A stretch of 64,000 nucleotides of DNA from Promethearchaeota archaeon (GTDB lineage Archaea; Asgardarchaeota; Thorarchaeia; Thorarchaeales; Thorarchaeaceae). Both the position numbers and the translations under genes were made by a program. Positions 10,076 to 19,813 of the stretch are shown here, in pieces (position 1 is the stretch's first letter; the number at the start of each line of letters is the position of its first letter). The stretch is from contig WJMJ01000078.1 of assembly GCA_014728035.1 (NCBI GenBank), positions 64,001 through 128,000 on the forward strand, given 5' to 3'. Below the pieces are notes generated by a model. The model was not told the DNA's origin. It searched no databases and worked only from the letters and a program-made list of their open reading frames with translations.

Positions 10076-10659
10076 TTACTAATTCTCCTTTCGAATTCTG
10101 AGATCACTGCAGCGACACAATGACTACTCAAGTAACTTGTTTCTCCCAGAGAAACTGATTCAACTCCAACGCTTTCGATTATCCTACTTGCGTTCTCATC
10201 AAAACCTATGTGGTCACCTAAGATAAAACTGTTCTGCGCATTCAATTGAAGATTCTCATTCGCCTTAAGTGGTTTGCCATCTTCTCTGAGTACCCATGTT
10301 TTACCAGAGGGGAGTGCAAAACGAGTAAGTACCTCTTCTAGTCCAATATCTATTCTCATTACATGTTCTACTACTTGTCCTTGTAAGACCCTCTGAATTT
10401 TTCTTGCCCAGGCAACTTCTCCTTTTGGTAAAACTGTAGGATTTTGAAAAACCAAACTTATGTCATTATGAAGAATGGCTATGACTTCTAATTCGAATCG
10501 TGGAAATGAAACTGGGCCCCAATCAAAACAAGCTGATAGAACTCTACATAGCAAATCTATTCGTTTTCCAGAACCAGGTAAATCCTTCAAGATGAATTTT
10601 CCGTCAGTGACGGTATTTGGGAGTAATTGGATAAATCTTAGTTTTGAGATGGTTGCCAT
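10072..10659 (-). CDS. trmY: tRNA (pseudouridine54-N1)-methyltransferase (SPOUT)
   Basis: LKDLPGSGKRIDLLCR, LREDG, FILGDHIG, VSLG...SHC. Confidence 0.88.
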   Translation of the reverse strand: MATISKLRFIQLLPNTVTDGKFILKDLPGSGKRIDLLCRVLSACFDWGPVSFPRFELEVIAILHNDISLVFQNPTVLPKGEVAWARKIQRVLQGQVVEHVMRIDIGLEEVLTRFALPSGKTWVLREDGKPLKANENLQLNAQNSFILGDHIGFDENASRIIESVGVESVSLGETSYLSSHCVAAVISEFERRISK

Positions 10660-10734
10660 TTGGAATACCAGCTAAATGTAATCCATATGTGCTACAAAGA
10701 TTTGCTGATCGAACATCTTGTGATTATTCACAGT

Positions 10735-11019
10735 CTATCTTCGTCGTCTTCCTCTTCTCTTAGAGGCTTCTCTGATCTGTACTTTTCCTGTGTGTACTGC
10801 ACAACTTACACAATAATACTGAGTCATCTTTCGAGTATGGATATAGCTACCTTGTGACCTCAGCTCTCTTGCAAGTTGAGGATCCACTACAGATACACGC
10901 TTTGTGTATTTCTTCGCCTTATCAGTAGGTACCATTCTACCGCATTTAGAACATTGTACTGACCCAGTTCGGCCGGATTTTCCTTTGCTTCTTCCGCCTG
11001 ATTTTCTCTTTTTACCCAA
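10735..11019 (-). CDS. rps26e: 30S ribosomal protein eS26
   Basis: KKRKSGGRSKG, CSKCGRMVPTDKA, YCVSCAVH. TTG start at 11019 chosen for its GGTGA SD. Confidence 0.96.
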   Translation of the reverse strand: MGKKRKSGGRSKGKSGRTGSVQCSKCGRMVPTDKAKKYTKRVSVVDPQLARELRSQGSYIHTRKMTQYYCVSCAVHTGKVQIREASKRRGRRRR

Positions 11020-11102
11020 ATTATTCACCATCAAGTATGGTTACTTGGAGCTTCTATGGGGAGGCCTTTTAATCTTGTTTATAGCACTGGCGACAAAGAA
11101 GC

Positions 11103-12185
11103 CTACTGCCAGTGTGGGCTTATCATTTCGTATACCCGGTTTAAGATATTGATGTTCTGAGTCACAAGCATTTCGTGTACTATTCTATCAAGTTGGTCTG
11201 GAAGAGGAGGACAAGCATCTCCAGCGAGACCTCGAATACTTGCTTCCACACAGAAACCAAGACCAAGTGGATTATAGCCACCTTCTAGTACCCAAAAGGA
11301 CCCTCTTGCACTTACTAAGTCAACTAAATCCCTTACAGTTCGACCTATTTTCCAAAATGTTCTCGAATCGATATCCATGTTTCCAACTGGGTCCGCCCAA
11401 TGTGAGTCATATCCTGCAGATACAGCAATTACATCAGGTCTGAAGTTCTCAATAGCAGGAACAACTACTCGATCAAACGCAGCTTCATATGAAATATCAG
11501 GGGACATATCAAGTAATGGAATGTTAATGTTTGTTCCAATACCTTCACCATAACCAATCTCCGAATAATGCCCAGTGCCATAGTTTTCAAAATCATATTC
11601 ATGAATTGAAATATATTGAACTCTTGGATTAGAATAGAATATCTCTGCAGTTCCATTTCCAAAGTGGTCATCAAAATCGATTATTGAAACCCTCTCAGCA
11701 CCTGCTTCAATGGCGGACTTCACTGCTATTGCTATGTTATTGAAAAAGCAAAGACCTGTTGGATTCGATGTTGAAGCATGATGACCTGGTGGTCTAAGAA
11801 GTGAATAAGCATGACTTGATGTCTCCTCCATAACCATTTTACTCGCTCTTAATGCCCCTCCTACAGCGTAAAGTCCTGCGCGATATACTTCTGCACTTGC
11901 AAAAGCAGATTCTCCAAGATGACCACTTCCCAAGTCACCATATAATTCGACTGTATCAAGAAGGTAGGGAGAATGAGCAAGAAGAATATCTTCTCGTTTT
12001 GCTTTTGGGGCATCAACTCTTGTCAACTCTCCAAGCAATCCAATACGATTTAGATGTTGCATAACCATCTGTGTTCTAAGAGGGGATTCAAATGCTTCAA
12101 GATGGGGTCTTGGAAAAGGTGCAACATGTTGATTAGGTCTTTTCTGTGAGATGAGTGCAATATCTTTGTAAGTCAAGTGAATCAT
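11103..12185 (-). CDS. Histone deacetylase-family Zn hydrolase
   Basis: RPPGHHA, GLCFFNN, DFDDHFGNGT, SAGYDSHWADP, LEGGY. Confidence 0.93.
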   Translation of the reverse strand: MIHLTYKDIALISQKRPNQHVAPFPRPHLEAFESPLRTQMVMQHLNRIGLLGELTRVDAPKAKREDILLAHSPYLLDTVELYGDLGSGHLGESAFASAEVYRAGLYAVGGALRASKMVMEETSSHAYSLLRPPGHHASTSNPTGLCFFNNIAIAVKSAIEAGAERVSIIDFDDHFGNGTAEIFYSNPRVQYISIHEYDFENYGTGHYSEIGYGEGIGTNINIPLLDMSPDISYEAAFDRVVVPAIENFRPDVIAVSAGYDSHWADPVGNMDIDSRTFWKIGRTVRDLVDLVSARGSFWVLEGGYNPLGLGFCVEASIRGLAGDACPPLPDQLDRIVHEMLVTQNINILNRVYEMISPHWQ

Positions 12186-13657
12186 TCCTGCAAATACACA
12201 TTATTTTCCTCGGGCTCGATAACAAAAGATTCTGCTGGCATAACATAATGATATAGTACTGTCTTAAGTTCTGCTGAAAGGACAGTAATATTTCTAGCCA
12301 ACTCTATATCATCAATTCCTTTTTTGGATAAAATCCAATGAGTGAATTCCTGCGCGTTGGTATGATTTCGCTTCTGAGAAACCCAAAGAAATCCCTCCCT
12401 CTCAAAAGCATCTGGATGTGCTGCTTTGAATCTTGCACAGGCATCTTCCAAATTCGTAGGTGGTCCTCTTCGTTCAAAGTAATCACTAATTTTGGGGTTT
12501 TCTACAACAATACCAAGTGCATATCTATTTTCTCTGAAATGAACCTCACAAAGAGTCGTTCCAAACCTTTCTTCACCCGTTTTTTCCTTTGTCAACCATC
12601 TTTGTGTAAGTTCAGCTAAGCTGTATAATTTATCACGAATAATCGTATAATGAGTATCCTTAATCTTTTCAAACTCGAAGGTGATAATATGGGATTTTAT
12701 CCAGCTGGGTAAAGGATTAGTAGGGATATCTGTATACAATATTTGACGAATGACGAAATCTTCTTCATCGTGTCGTATAGCATCCAGTAGTCGATTACTG
12801 GATATAACCATCCAACGATATGTTCGTGGAGAGAGGCTTGCTGCTGCGTTTCGGTTTGGGTCTGTGGGGTCTATAACAAAAAATAGGTCATCACTGAAAC
12901 GGGGAATTTTTTTCAATTCCTTTTTACTTCGGTTCAAGGGATCAATGGGATTATCAGACAGAGTACATATTGCATCCAAAGCTTGAGAAAAGGTTCTATT
13001 TTCTACAACTATGTTTTCAAGCACATATCCAGTAAACCCCATTCGTCCTACCGCACAGGTGTCCCCGTATGCATGACTAGCTTTTGAAAATGCCTTTAGT
13101 ATTCTGATATTCTCGCGGATTTTTTCATCGATATGTTCTAGCATATACTTTGTATGATGGTAGGTTCTATCAACTGCAGTAATTGGTCCGTCTGTAGCTA
13201 GTTCTTTGGGAGATAGGGCGAAGCAGGCTACTAAATCAACTTCAAGATTATTTAGCTTGAATGACAAGTATGGATGTTGTGCGTATGTCTTCTTAATATC
13301 CGACGCTCTGATAGTTTCAGCTGCTGGACGAAACCATTTATTCACGAGTTCATCAATAGTTTTACTTAGATTCCTATCAATATCTTCGTTTGGACTGTTC
13401 AGAATCTCCTCATAGTCCGATTTGACAAGCCCAATAAAGATATCAAGGTCCGCAGCTCCGCGTATTTGCGTCTGCTTTTTACCAGTAGACCCCTCAGCCT
13501 CAATAAATTCATAACTTACTCCGATCTCATTTCCTCTCTCTATCAGTGCGTTTCTCACTTTCTGAATCGTATCTTTTTGTGTTTGAATTTCTATTTCCGT
13601 AGGAGTGATTCGTTCAAGAACTATACCTCTAATTCTGTCAGGTAACAATTCAGTCAA
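12182..13657 (-). CDS. cca: CCA-adding enzyme, archaeal class I
   Basis: GS...DLDIF, YAQHPY, TAVDRTYHH, GFTGY, IDPTDPNRNAAA, GPP. Confidence 0.9.
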   Translation of the reverse strand: MTELLPDRIRGIVLERITPTEIEIQTQKDTIQKVRNALIERGNEIGVSYEFIEAEGSTGKKQTQIRGAADLDIFIGLVKSDYEEILNSPNEDIDRNLSKTIDELVNKWFRPAAETIRASDIKKTYAQHPYLSFKLNNLEVDLVACFALSPKELATDGPITAVDRTYHHTKYMLEHIDEKIRENIRILKAFSKASHAYGDTCAVGRMGFTGYVLENIVVENRTFSQALDAICTLSDNPIDPLNRSKKELKKIPRFSDDLFFVIDPTDPNRNAAASLSPRTYRWMVISSNRLLDAIRHDEEDFVIRQILYTDIPTNPLPSWIKSHIITFEFEKIKDTHYTIIRDKLYSLAELTQRWLTKEKTGEERFGTTLCEVHFRENRYALGIVVENPKISDYFERRGPPTNLEDACARFKAAHPDAFEREGFLWVSQKRNHTNAQEFTHWILSKKGIDDIELARNITVLSAELKTVLYHYVMPAESFVIEPEENNVYLQE

Positions 13658-13740
13658 GTGACAACCCTACTACTTCTGAAGTGTATATCGCTAAGAATCT
13701 TCTCCAAGATTTATTCCTCATGTTTAAAGGATAGTACATC

Positions 13741-14271
13741 TTGATTCTATTATCCGATTTCATTAGGTTGATTCATATGGTGGATATGGTAGCAATTGCA
13801 ATTACGATTCTAAAGCACAAAAATCAATATCTATTTCTAAAACGCCGGAAAGCACCCTATGAAAATCTCTGGAGTCTAGTTGGTGGAAAGGTGGATTTAG
13901 GGGAACATATAATGCAAGCTTCTATACGAGAAGCTATGGAAGAAACGGGAACAACACAGATTATCGATTATGAGTATCGAGGTCTCGTTTCTGAACGACT
14001 TGTTCAATCGGATGGAACATTGTTAGCACATTTCTTAATCTTTGTTGGATTTGCAAACATTCCCGATTTTCAAAAATCTCATAGAGAAGGAGAGCTGATG
14101 TTATTTACTGACCCAGAAATAGAGGCACGAGGAAACGAGTTTCTACCTTCTGATCTTCATATGTTCAAAACATTCAAAAATCCCAGACCCAAAACCTCTC
14201 TTTATGAGGCTGAGCTGATATTCGATGGTTCAAAGTACACATTGGAATATTACAGGAAGGCTGAACATTGA
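13741..14271 (+). CDS. NUDIX hydrolase (true start probably a few codons downstream)
   Basis: GGKVDLGEHIMQASIREAMEETG Nudix box. Confidence 0.9.
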   Translation: MILLSDFIRLIHMVDMVAIAITILKHKNQYLFLKRRKAPYENLWSLVGGKVDLGEHIMQASIREAMEETGTTQIIDYEYRGLVSERLVQSDGTLLAHFLIFVGFANIPDFQKSHREGELMLFTDPEIEARGNEFLPSDLHMFKTFKNPRPKTSLYEAELIFDGSKYTLEYYRKAEH

Positions 14272-15242
14272 ACATTGGTGACATTGAGATTGTCCCTATT
14301 GCTTCTGAAAGTATGGGAGTTCGTTCTTTTTGTACGAGAATCGGTACACCAGATTTGTCAATACTTCTAGATCCTTCAGCCGCTCTGTCAAAGCGATACC
14401 GTCTTGAACCGCATCCGCAAGAATACAGAATGCTTGAGTCTAAACTACAACAAATTTTTGTTGAAGCCCGTAGGGCGGACCTTATCTCTATATCGCATTA
14501 CCATTTCGACCACGTCCGCCCAGGATTCACTGATTTTCACTATATCTTCAGTTCAAGAGAAGAGCTACAAAGGATGTTAGAGGGAAAAGAGATATGGGCT
14601 AAAGACAGCCGTGAAAATATTAACCCCTCTCAACGAAGACGAGCATATTATTTTCAGAAAGATATTGAAGGCATTGTTCGAAAATTGAAATGGAGTGACA
14701 GCGAAAAGACCAAGTATGACAACACATCCATAGAATTCTCTCAGCCACTCCCACATGGACCGGAGAGAACTCCACTTGGTTTTGTTATCGCAACAACTAT
14801 CAAATATGACGACCATTCAGTTGTTTTTGCTCCAGATATCCAAGGCCCATGCTCTGAGAGTACTCTACAATACTTACAATCTCAAAAACCATCCGCAGTC
14901 ATTGTTGGGGGGCCTCCTACATATATATCGAGATTTCGAGACCACCATAGAGCATTAGCAAAGTCTGCTCTTCGAACATTGGCAAAATCCGTTTCAGTAG
15001 TAATCGTTGATCACCATCTTCTACGTGATAATGAGTGGAGGGATTGGTTAGTTCCTATAAGAGAAGCTGCTGAAATAGAGGGAAATACTGTGTATACAAT
15101 GGCTGAAGTTCTTGGAGAGAAGAACAGAAGTTTCGAGGCCGAGCGAATACAACTCTATGAAACAATACCTCCAAATGATGATTTCATGAATTGGTGTAAC
15201 GCTACTGATGAATACAAGAAAGCGAATAGGCCCCCAATTTGA
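14268..15242 (+). CDS. Metallo-beta-lactamase-fold hydrolase, UPF0282-like
   Basis: ESMGVRS, ISHYHFDH, PHG, DIQGP, DHHLLRD. Confidence 0.88.
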   Translation: MNIGDIEIVPIASESMGVRSFCTRIGTPDLSILLDPSAALSKRYRLEPHPQEYRMLESKLQQIFVEARRADLISISHYHFDHVRPGFTDFHYIFSSREELQRMLEGKEIWAKDSRENINPSQRRRAYYFQKDIEGIVRKLKWSDSEKTKYDNTSIEFSQPLPHGPERTPLGFVIATTIKYDDHSVVFAPDIQGPCSESTLQYLQSQKPSAVIVGGPPTYISRFRDHHRALAKSALRTLAKSVSVVIVDHHLLRDNEWRDWLVPIREAAEIEGNTVYTMAEVLGEKNRSFEAERIQLYETIPPNDDFMNWCNATDEYKKANRPPI

Positions 15243-15305
15243 TTTGGTGCTCATTAATTCTGATTAATTACATCAGAGATTTCTTTTTGGGCAAATAAAT
15301 TCAAT

Positions 15306-15584
15306 GTGTTTTTGAAGATGATATCAGGCAAATCTGGTTCCGAAATAGACATTGATGTGAGTATGATACAAGTACTGGTAGGTCCGCTTGGGACACGAGT
15401 ACTTGTATTGATTTCACAGGGCTGCGAAACCCCAGATGATATAGTACGATTCAGTTCCATCTCGTATGAATGCCTAGATGTAAAAATACCACTGCTACTC
15501 GGTTTGGAATTAGTAGAGGAGTTCGAGTCAACTTACAAGACTACATCTCGTGGAGAAGCATACATAGCTGCAATAACGGGTTGA
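15306..15584 (+). CDS. Small winged-helix-like protein
   Basis: LLLGLELV...YKTTSRG wing pattern; first of three co-oriented ORFs. Confidence 0.55.
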   Translation: MFLKMISGKSGSEIDIDVSMIQVLVGPLGTRVLVLISQGCETPDDIVRFSSISYECLDVKIPLLLGLELVEEFESTYKTTSRGEAYIAAITG

Positions 15585-15588
15585 GATT

Positions 15589-16017
15589 ATGAAACACCTT
15601 ACTGAATCAGTCATTTCATTGGTAGATTCTCAATCGATTGATATCAAAGGGATTGGTGACTTTACGGGTTTTACGGATCAACAAAAAGTGCTTGTTATTG
15701 GAACAAGAAGTGAATTTTTACGAGTCTATCGAGTCAAAGAATCAGAGGTGGTTCTACTTCGTGTAGCTCTTACTCTAGACGGATTTCGTACGTCTGCTAG
15801 ATCAATAATCGAAAAAATGAGAAATATTGATTTGCATCTCATTCACTCAACAGGTTTCTGTCCTCTTAGAGACTATTGTGTCTGGGAAGGATATTTTGAG
15901 ATATCTCTACGGGAAAAGATTGAAGTGTTCCATGCTTGGGTTCGTGAACAACCTTCTGTGATTGATATTGAACTTAAATACCTGACAAGTAACAAACAAG
16001 AAGACTGTGAGGAGTAA
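15589..16017 (+). CDS. Hypothetical protein
   Basis: 142-aa ORF coupled to its neighbours. Confidence 0.6.
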   Translation: MKHLTESVISLVDSQSIDIKGIGDFTGFTDQQKVLVIGTRSEFLRVYRVKESEVVLLRVALTLDGFRTSARSIIEKMRNIDLHLIHSTGFCPLRDYCVWEGYFEISLREKIEVFHAWVREQPSVIDIELKYLTSNKQEDCEE

Positions 16018-16573
16018 CTTGATGATGACCAAAGAAAGCAGTGCTACACGCAAGTTGATTGACCAATTCAAGAAAGCTTCTGAGGAGGCAGAGGATAGTC
16101 TTAAACTTGAAGAATACCAACAGGCAATGGCACTGTTCTTTGAGGCGAGTCAAGCAGCAGACGAGATGTGTGAACGCTTTATCACTCTTCTAATCAGAAC
16201 CGCGCCAAGCCCCTCTCATCGAATTCTTTTGGTAGAAGTACTCGCATGGAGATTACGGTACTACACGGCACAATATGATTACCATCTCTCAGTTGCACAG
16301 ACTCTCAGAGGCCTTCCTCGAGAGGAGTGGATTGCTCGTCTTGAAACAATTCTGGTGCTATCTCAGAGTCTAGTTACCAAACTCATTCCAATATTGAAAC
16401 AAGCTGACGATGTGAGCCTCAGAAGAAGAATTCAAAAAGTATTAGATGATTGGGTTACTGGTATTAGAAGTTTAGTGGAAAAACTCAGGTCATGGAGAAT
16501 GGCAAGCTCTCAGGCATCTAGAGTTTTGGAATGGGCATTAGATAATGATTTGGAAAATCTCGTGAAATTCTAA
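16007..16573 (+). CDS. Hypothetical all-helical protein
   Basis: 188-aa ORF with amphipathic helices; overlaps the previous stop. Confidence 0.65.
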   Translation: MRSNLMMTKESSATRKLIDQFKKASEEAEDSLKLEEYQQAMALFFEASQAADEMCERFITLLIRTAPSPSHRILLVEVLAWRLRYYTAQYDYHLSVAQTLRGLPREEWIARLETILVLSQSLVTKLIPILKQADDVSLRRRIQKVLDDWVTGIRSLVEKLRSWRMASSQASRVLEWALDNDLENLVKF

Positions 16574-16788
16574 CCTTTCTTCGCTTCACCTTCAATAAAG
16601 GCAGTAGCTACTTCAGTATCAGCTAATTGATAATGACTATCCACATAACAAACAAGATGGTGGTCTTCATGTTTGATAATTATTGGAACTGGAAACCTAG
16701 TTACCTTCTTCAGTGCTTCCGTGGGAACTTTCCAATATATCGTAGCCTTACAAACTGGACACTGTAACCATTTAAGTTCTTCAGTCAT
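16570..16788 (-). CDS. Small Zn-binding protein (CxxC...HxxH)
   Basis: CPVC and HEDHH...YVD; AGGTG SD upstream. Confidence 0.7.
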   Translation of the reverse strand: MTEELKWLQCPVCKATIYWKVPTEALKKVTRFPVPIIIKHEDHHLVCYVDSHYQLADTEVATAFIEGEAKKG

Positions 16789-16954
16789 CGGAAACACCTG
16801 TGTTATATATGAGCCCTACAAGATAACGGAGTCTACAATCGTACTTAAAACGGTTTTTACTATCAGTAGTCTCGGCTACTTGCTAGCCACGCTGTTTTAT
16901 TTGTAACAATTACCAATTTGAATGTTAATGGAATAGACTCCTAAATAAAATTGG

Positions 16955-17782
16955 TTATTCTAAGTCCATATCCCATGCACCAGGGTCATCTAGTTCTCTG
17001 CTCATGATTGGTCCTTTTCTGCGTGCGAGGTCCGATATATCATATCTATCTTGGTCCACCACAAGTTCTTCTGATACTTCATCATAATAAGCAGGGATAA
17101 GGCCCTGATACACGCATTGCTTGATAAGCTTGGTAACTCGATCCTTATCCATTCCGGTGCTCTCTGCAAGGCTTGCCATTGTGACTGCTGCTTCAGATTC
17201 CAAAGATGCCCTTACAAAACCAGCAAACATGAGTTTGAAATATTTCCTAATACGCTTTATCTCATCTCTATCAAGAACACGAACTATTGCGGCTTCAATA
17301 TAGCGGTCAGCCTCACCATAATGATATTCACTAAGCATCAATGCAAGATTGACCAATTCTTTTGCTTTTCCCCTCGTGGTTTCCACCGCAGCATGAATGA
17401 GCTGTCTAGCAAGCTCTATATCCCCTCCAAGTATTGAGAAGAACGCCCCGTCAACAAAACGATGCGGATCCTTTTCCTCCTCTGCTGCCAAAATGAACGC
17501 TTCAGCACCTATCTGACAGTCAATCTCGAATTTCTCATATTGACCCTGTTTAATCCATGCCATTCCTGCCTCAAGCATTGCCTCAGAGGCTCGTGCATAT
17601 TTCTGACATAGCATGCCATGCTCGTATGCGCGCTCAAAGGCATTTGCAGCCTTTGCAAAAGATTCCCACCGTTTCCAACATTCAGCAGCAGCTAAAAAGT
17701 ACATGAGAGCTTTGTCATTACACCCAGTAGAGGCATTCTTTTCTGCCTCCTCTTCTCGCTCTTTGCAGGTGTCTGTTCCCAT
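16955..17782 (-). CDS. TPR/SNAP-like helical repeat plus C-terminal PCI-like winged helix
   Basis: Ala-rich helical repeats, then VTMASLAESTGMDKDRVTKLIKQCVYQGLIPAYYDEVSEELVV. Confidence 0.65.
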   Translation of the reverse strand: MGTDTCKEREEEAEKNASTGCNDKALMYFLAAAECWKRWESFAKAANAFERAYEHGMLCQKYARASEAMLEAGMAWIKQGQYEKFEIDCQIGAEAFILAAEEEKDPHRFVDGAFFSILGGDIELARQLIHAAVETTRGKAKELVNLALMLSEYHYGEADRYIEAAIVRVLDRDEIKRIRKYFKLMFAGFVRASLESEAAVTMASLAESTGMDKDRVTKLIKQCVYQGLIPAYYDEVSEELVVDQDRYDISDLARRKGPIMSRELDDPGAWDMDLE

Positions 17783-18044
17783 TATACTTCATTGCCCCTT
17801 TGATGGTTATATCGAGCTGGGGACATCTACTTCTAAACCTTTCCAGCTAGTCCTTTTTCCATCAAAATCGTTCTCTTATTTCTTTATTCGCCCATCAGCT
17901 GTTCTCAATACCTGTGACCGGATAGGAATAAACTATTCCCTTATTCTACGGTTTATTGTGGATTGCTTCAGGTTCAAAAAAACTGAATTAAACAAAGTCA
18001 TAAAGAAAGAGGAGGGTATGAGCCTTCACTCATACCTTTGATTA

Positions 18045-18731
18045 TTATCTGTCCGAGGTTATTCTACCGTCTCGCATCCGTAAGGTGCGTTTGGCGTACT
18101 TTGCCAGCTCCTCGTTGTGGGTCACCAACACTACCGTCATGTTTCGCTCCTTGTTGATACGCTTGATGACCTTCATGATGGTATCGCCAGTCTTCGAGTC
18201 CAAGTTTCCCGTGGGCTCGTCACAGAAGAGGATCGGTGGGCTGTTCACCAGAGCTCTTGCAATTGCCACTCTCTGTTGTTCTCCTCCAGATAGCTGGCGG
18301 GGGAAATGGTCCTTCCGCTCCAACATATCAACTTCTCTGAGGACTTCGAGGGCCATGGCTTGCTGTTTGTCTTTTTTGAGTTCGTCGGAGGGCCAGAGAA
18401 CTGCCTCGATATTTTCGAAGGCGGTGAGGTCCTCGATGAGGAGGAAAGACTGGAAAACAAAGCCAATTTTCTGGGCACGGACTTTGGGGAGGTCGCGTTC
18501 GCTGATGAGGGTGACATCTACACCATCGAGCAAGACCCGTCCGGAGGTGGGCTGTTCAAGGCCTGCCATGACGTGAAGGAGTGTAGATTTACCGCACCCG
18601 GAGGGGCCGAGAACGGAAACGAACTCACCAGGAAAGATCTCAATGTCAACATCTTTTAGGGCGGCAACAGTCTTTTTCCCGCGGCCATATTCTTTGTTTA
18701 CTTCTTGAACTTGAATGATAGGATTCGCCAT
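18045..18731 (-). CDS. ABC transporter ATPase, LolD/FtsE family
   Basis: GPSGCGKST, LSGGEQQRVAIARAL, DEPTGNLD. Confidence 0.94.
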   Translation of the reverse strand: MANPIIQVQEVNKEYGRGKKTVAALKDVDIEIFPGEFVSVLGPSGCGKSTLLHVMAGLEQPTSGRVLLDGVDVTLISERDLPKVRAQKIGFVFQSFLLIEDLTAFENIEAVLWPSDELKKDKQQAMALEVLREVDMLERKDHFPRQLSGGEQQRVAIARALVNSPPILFCDEPTGNLDSKTGDTIMKVIKRINKERNMTVVLVTHNEELAKYAKRTLRMRDGRITSDR

Positions 18732-18733
18732 TT

Positions 18734-19276
18734 TTATTCCTCCCTTAGAGCTCTCATTGGTGGTATTCGCATCGCCCTAAGTTGTGCAAAGATAAGTCCA
18801 GGAATCTGGAGTAACACGACGTAGAACAGTGACGTGAACATAGCAGCTGCATCTAATGCGATAATATCATGCACCCAATAAAGAGGTGATGAGGTTGATG
18901 CGTCAAAATACGCAATAAGTCCTAGAATTTCAACACTGATCTGGAACACAACTAGAAATGCACTTAATGCAACTAGGACAACTTCTCCAACTAGCAACAA
19001 CAGAATGTCAGAGTTATTCCATGAAACACATTTGAGTATAGCAATGTCCTTCCTTCGGAACTGAGATATCAAGATTGCATAGAGTGTGGCAACAATGAAT
19101 GCCATTAGGAGCCAAGGCAGCTCTCCGTACTGAGACGCTCCTGGAAGCTCGATTACACCCTGCAGTCCCTTAGCCACTAATACAATAAGAATCGCATAAA
19201 TGATGATAAATGCGACCACTCGTTTAGTGGCCCGAAAGGCGAATTTTATACTTTTTGTCAGAATTCGAAAATTCAA
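18734..19276 (-). CDS. Minimal FtsX-like permease (about 4 TM, no large external domain)
   Basis: RRKDIAILKCV and C-terminal AMRIPPMRALREE FtsX/MacB signatures. Confidence 0.78.
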   Translation of the reverse strand: MNFRILTKSIKFAFRATKRVVAFIIIYAILIVLVAKGLQGVIELPGASQYGELPWLLMAFIVATLYAILISQFRRKDIAILKCVSWNNSDILLLLVGEVVLVALSAFLVVFQISVEILGLIAYFDASTSSPLYWVHDIIALDAAAMFTSLFYVVLLQIPGLIFAQLRAMRIPPMRALREE

Positions 19277-19369
19277 ATTATAAGACCTCCAATAAGGTTG
19301 GCGTGTCGATAGTATTCACAAAGAGGGATACCTAATGTGCTTTTTGGCTACACATTTTTTATGTGATTT

Positions 19370-19561
19370 TTACTCAACGACTTTTACATCTACCTCTGAG
19401 AGTATTGCTGGCCCTCCTTGATCAGGCCACAATTCTTTTCTTAGAAGGTCGCGAACGGCAACACGGATTGCTTCGCTTCTAGAGGGGTACATTCCCTTCT
19501 CCACTAATTTATCGAGTCCATTAACATAGAGCTCGCTCATCTTGACTGTTACTAGTTGCAT
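19370..19561 (-). CDS. Ribbon-helix-helix regulator (CopG/CdrS-like)
   Basis: MQLVTVKM...LVEKGMYPSRSEAIRVAVRDLL. Confidence 0.88.
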   Translation of the reverse strand: MQLVTVKMSELYVNGLDKLVEKGMYPSRSEAIRVAVRDLLRKELWPDQGGPAILSEVDVKVVE

Positions 19562-19813
19562 TCATTGTCCTCCCGACTATTGCGAATCGAGTTGGGCGAA
19601 ATATAACAGCTTCGGAATAAGTAGAAGTAAGAGCGATTTACGCGCCAATGTTTCGGGGGATTCATCAGTGCTTTTTGAAATAGGTCCGTTGCGAAAAAGG
19701 CTATATAATGTCATTATACATTCAATTCTAAGTCATGAACCATATCGGTCTAGATACTACCGACAATTCACTCTGTTCAAGACGTAACAAATGACCCAAG
19801 GCGGAGATAGACT

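Noticed and set aside
18085-18659. Long antisense and alternative ORFs over the ABC ATPase
   Set aside because: Consequence of locally high GC and conserved ABC codons.
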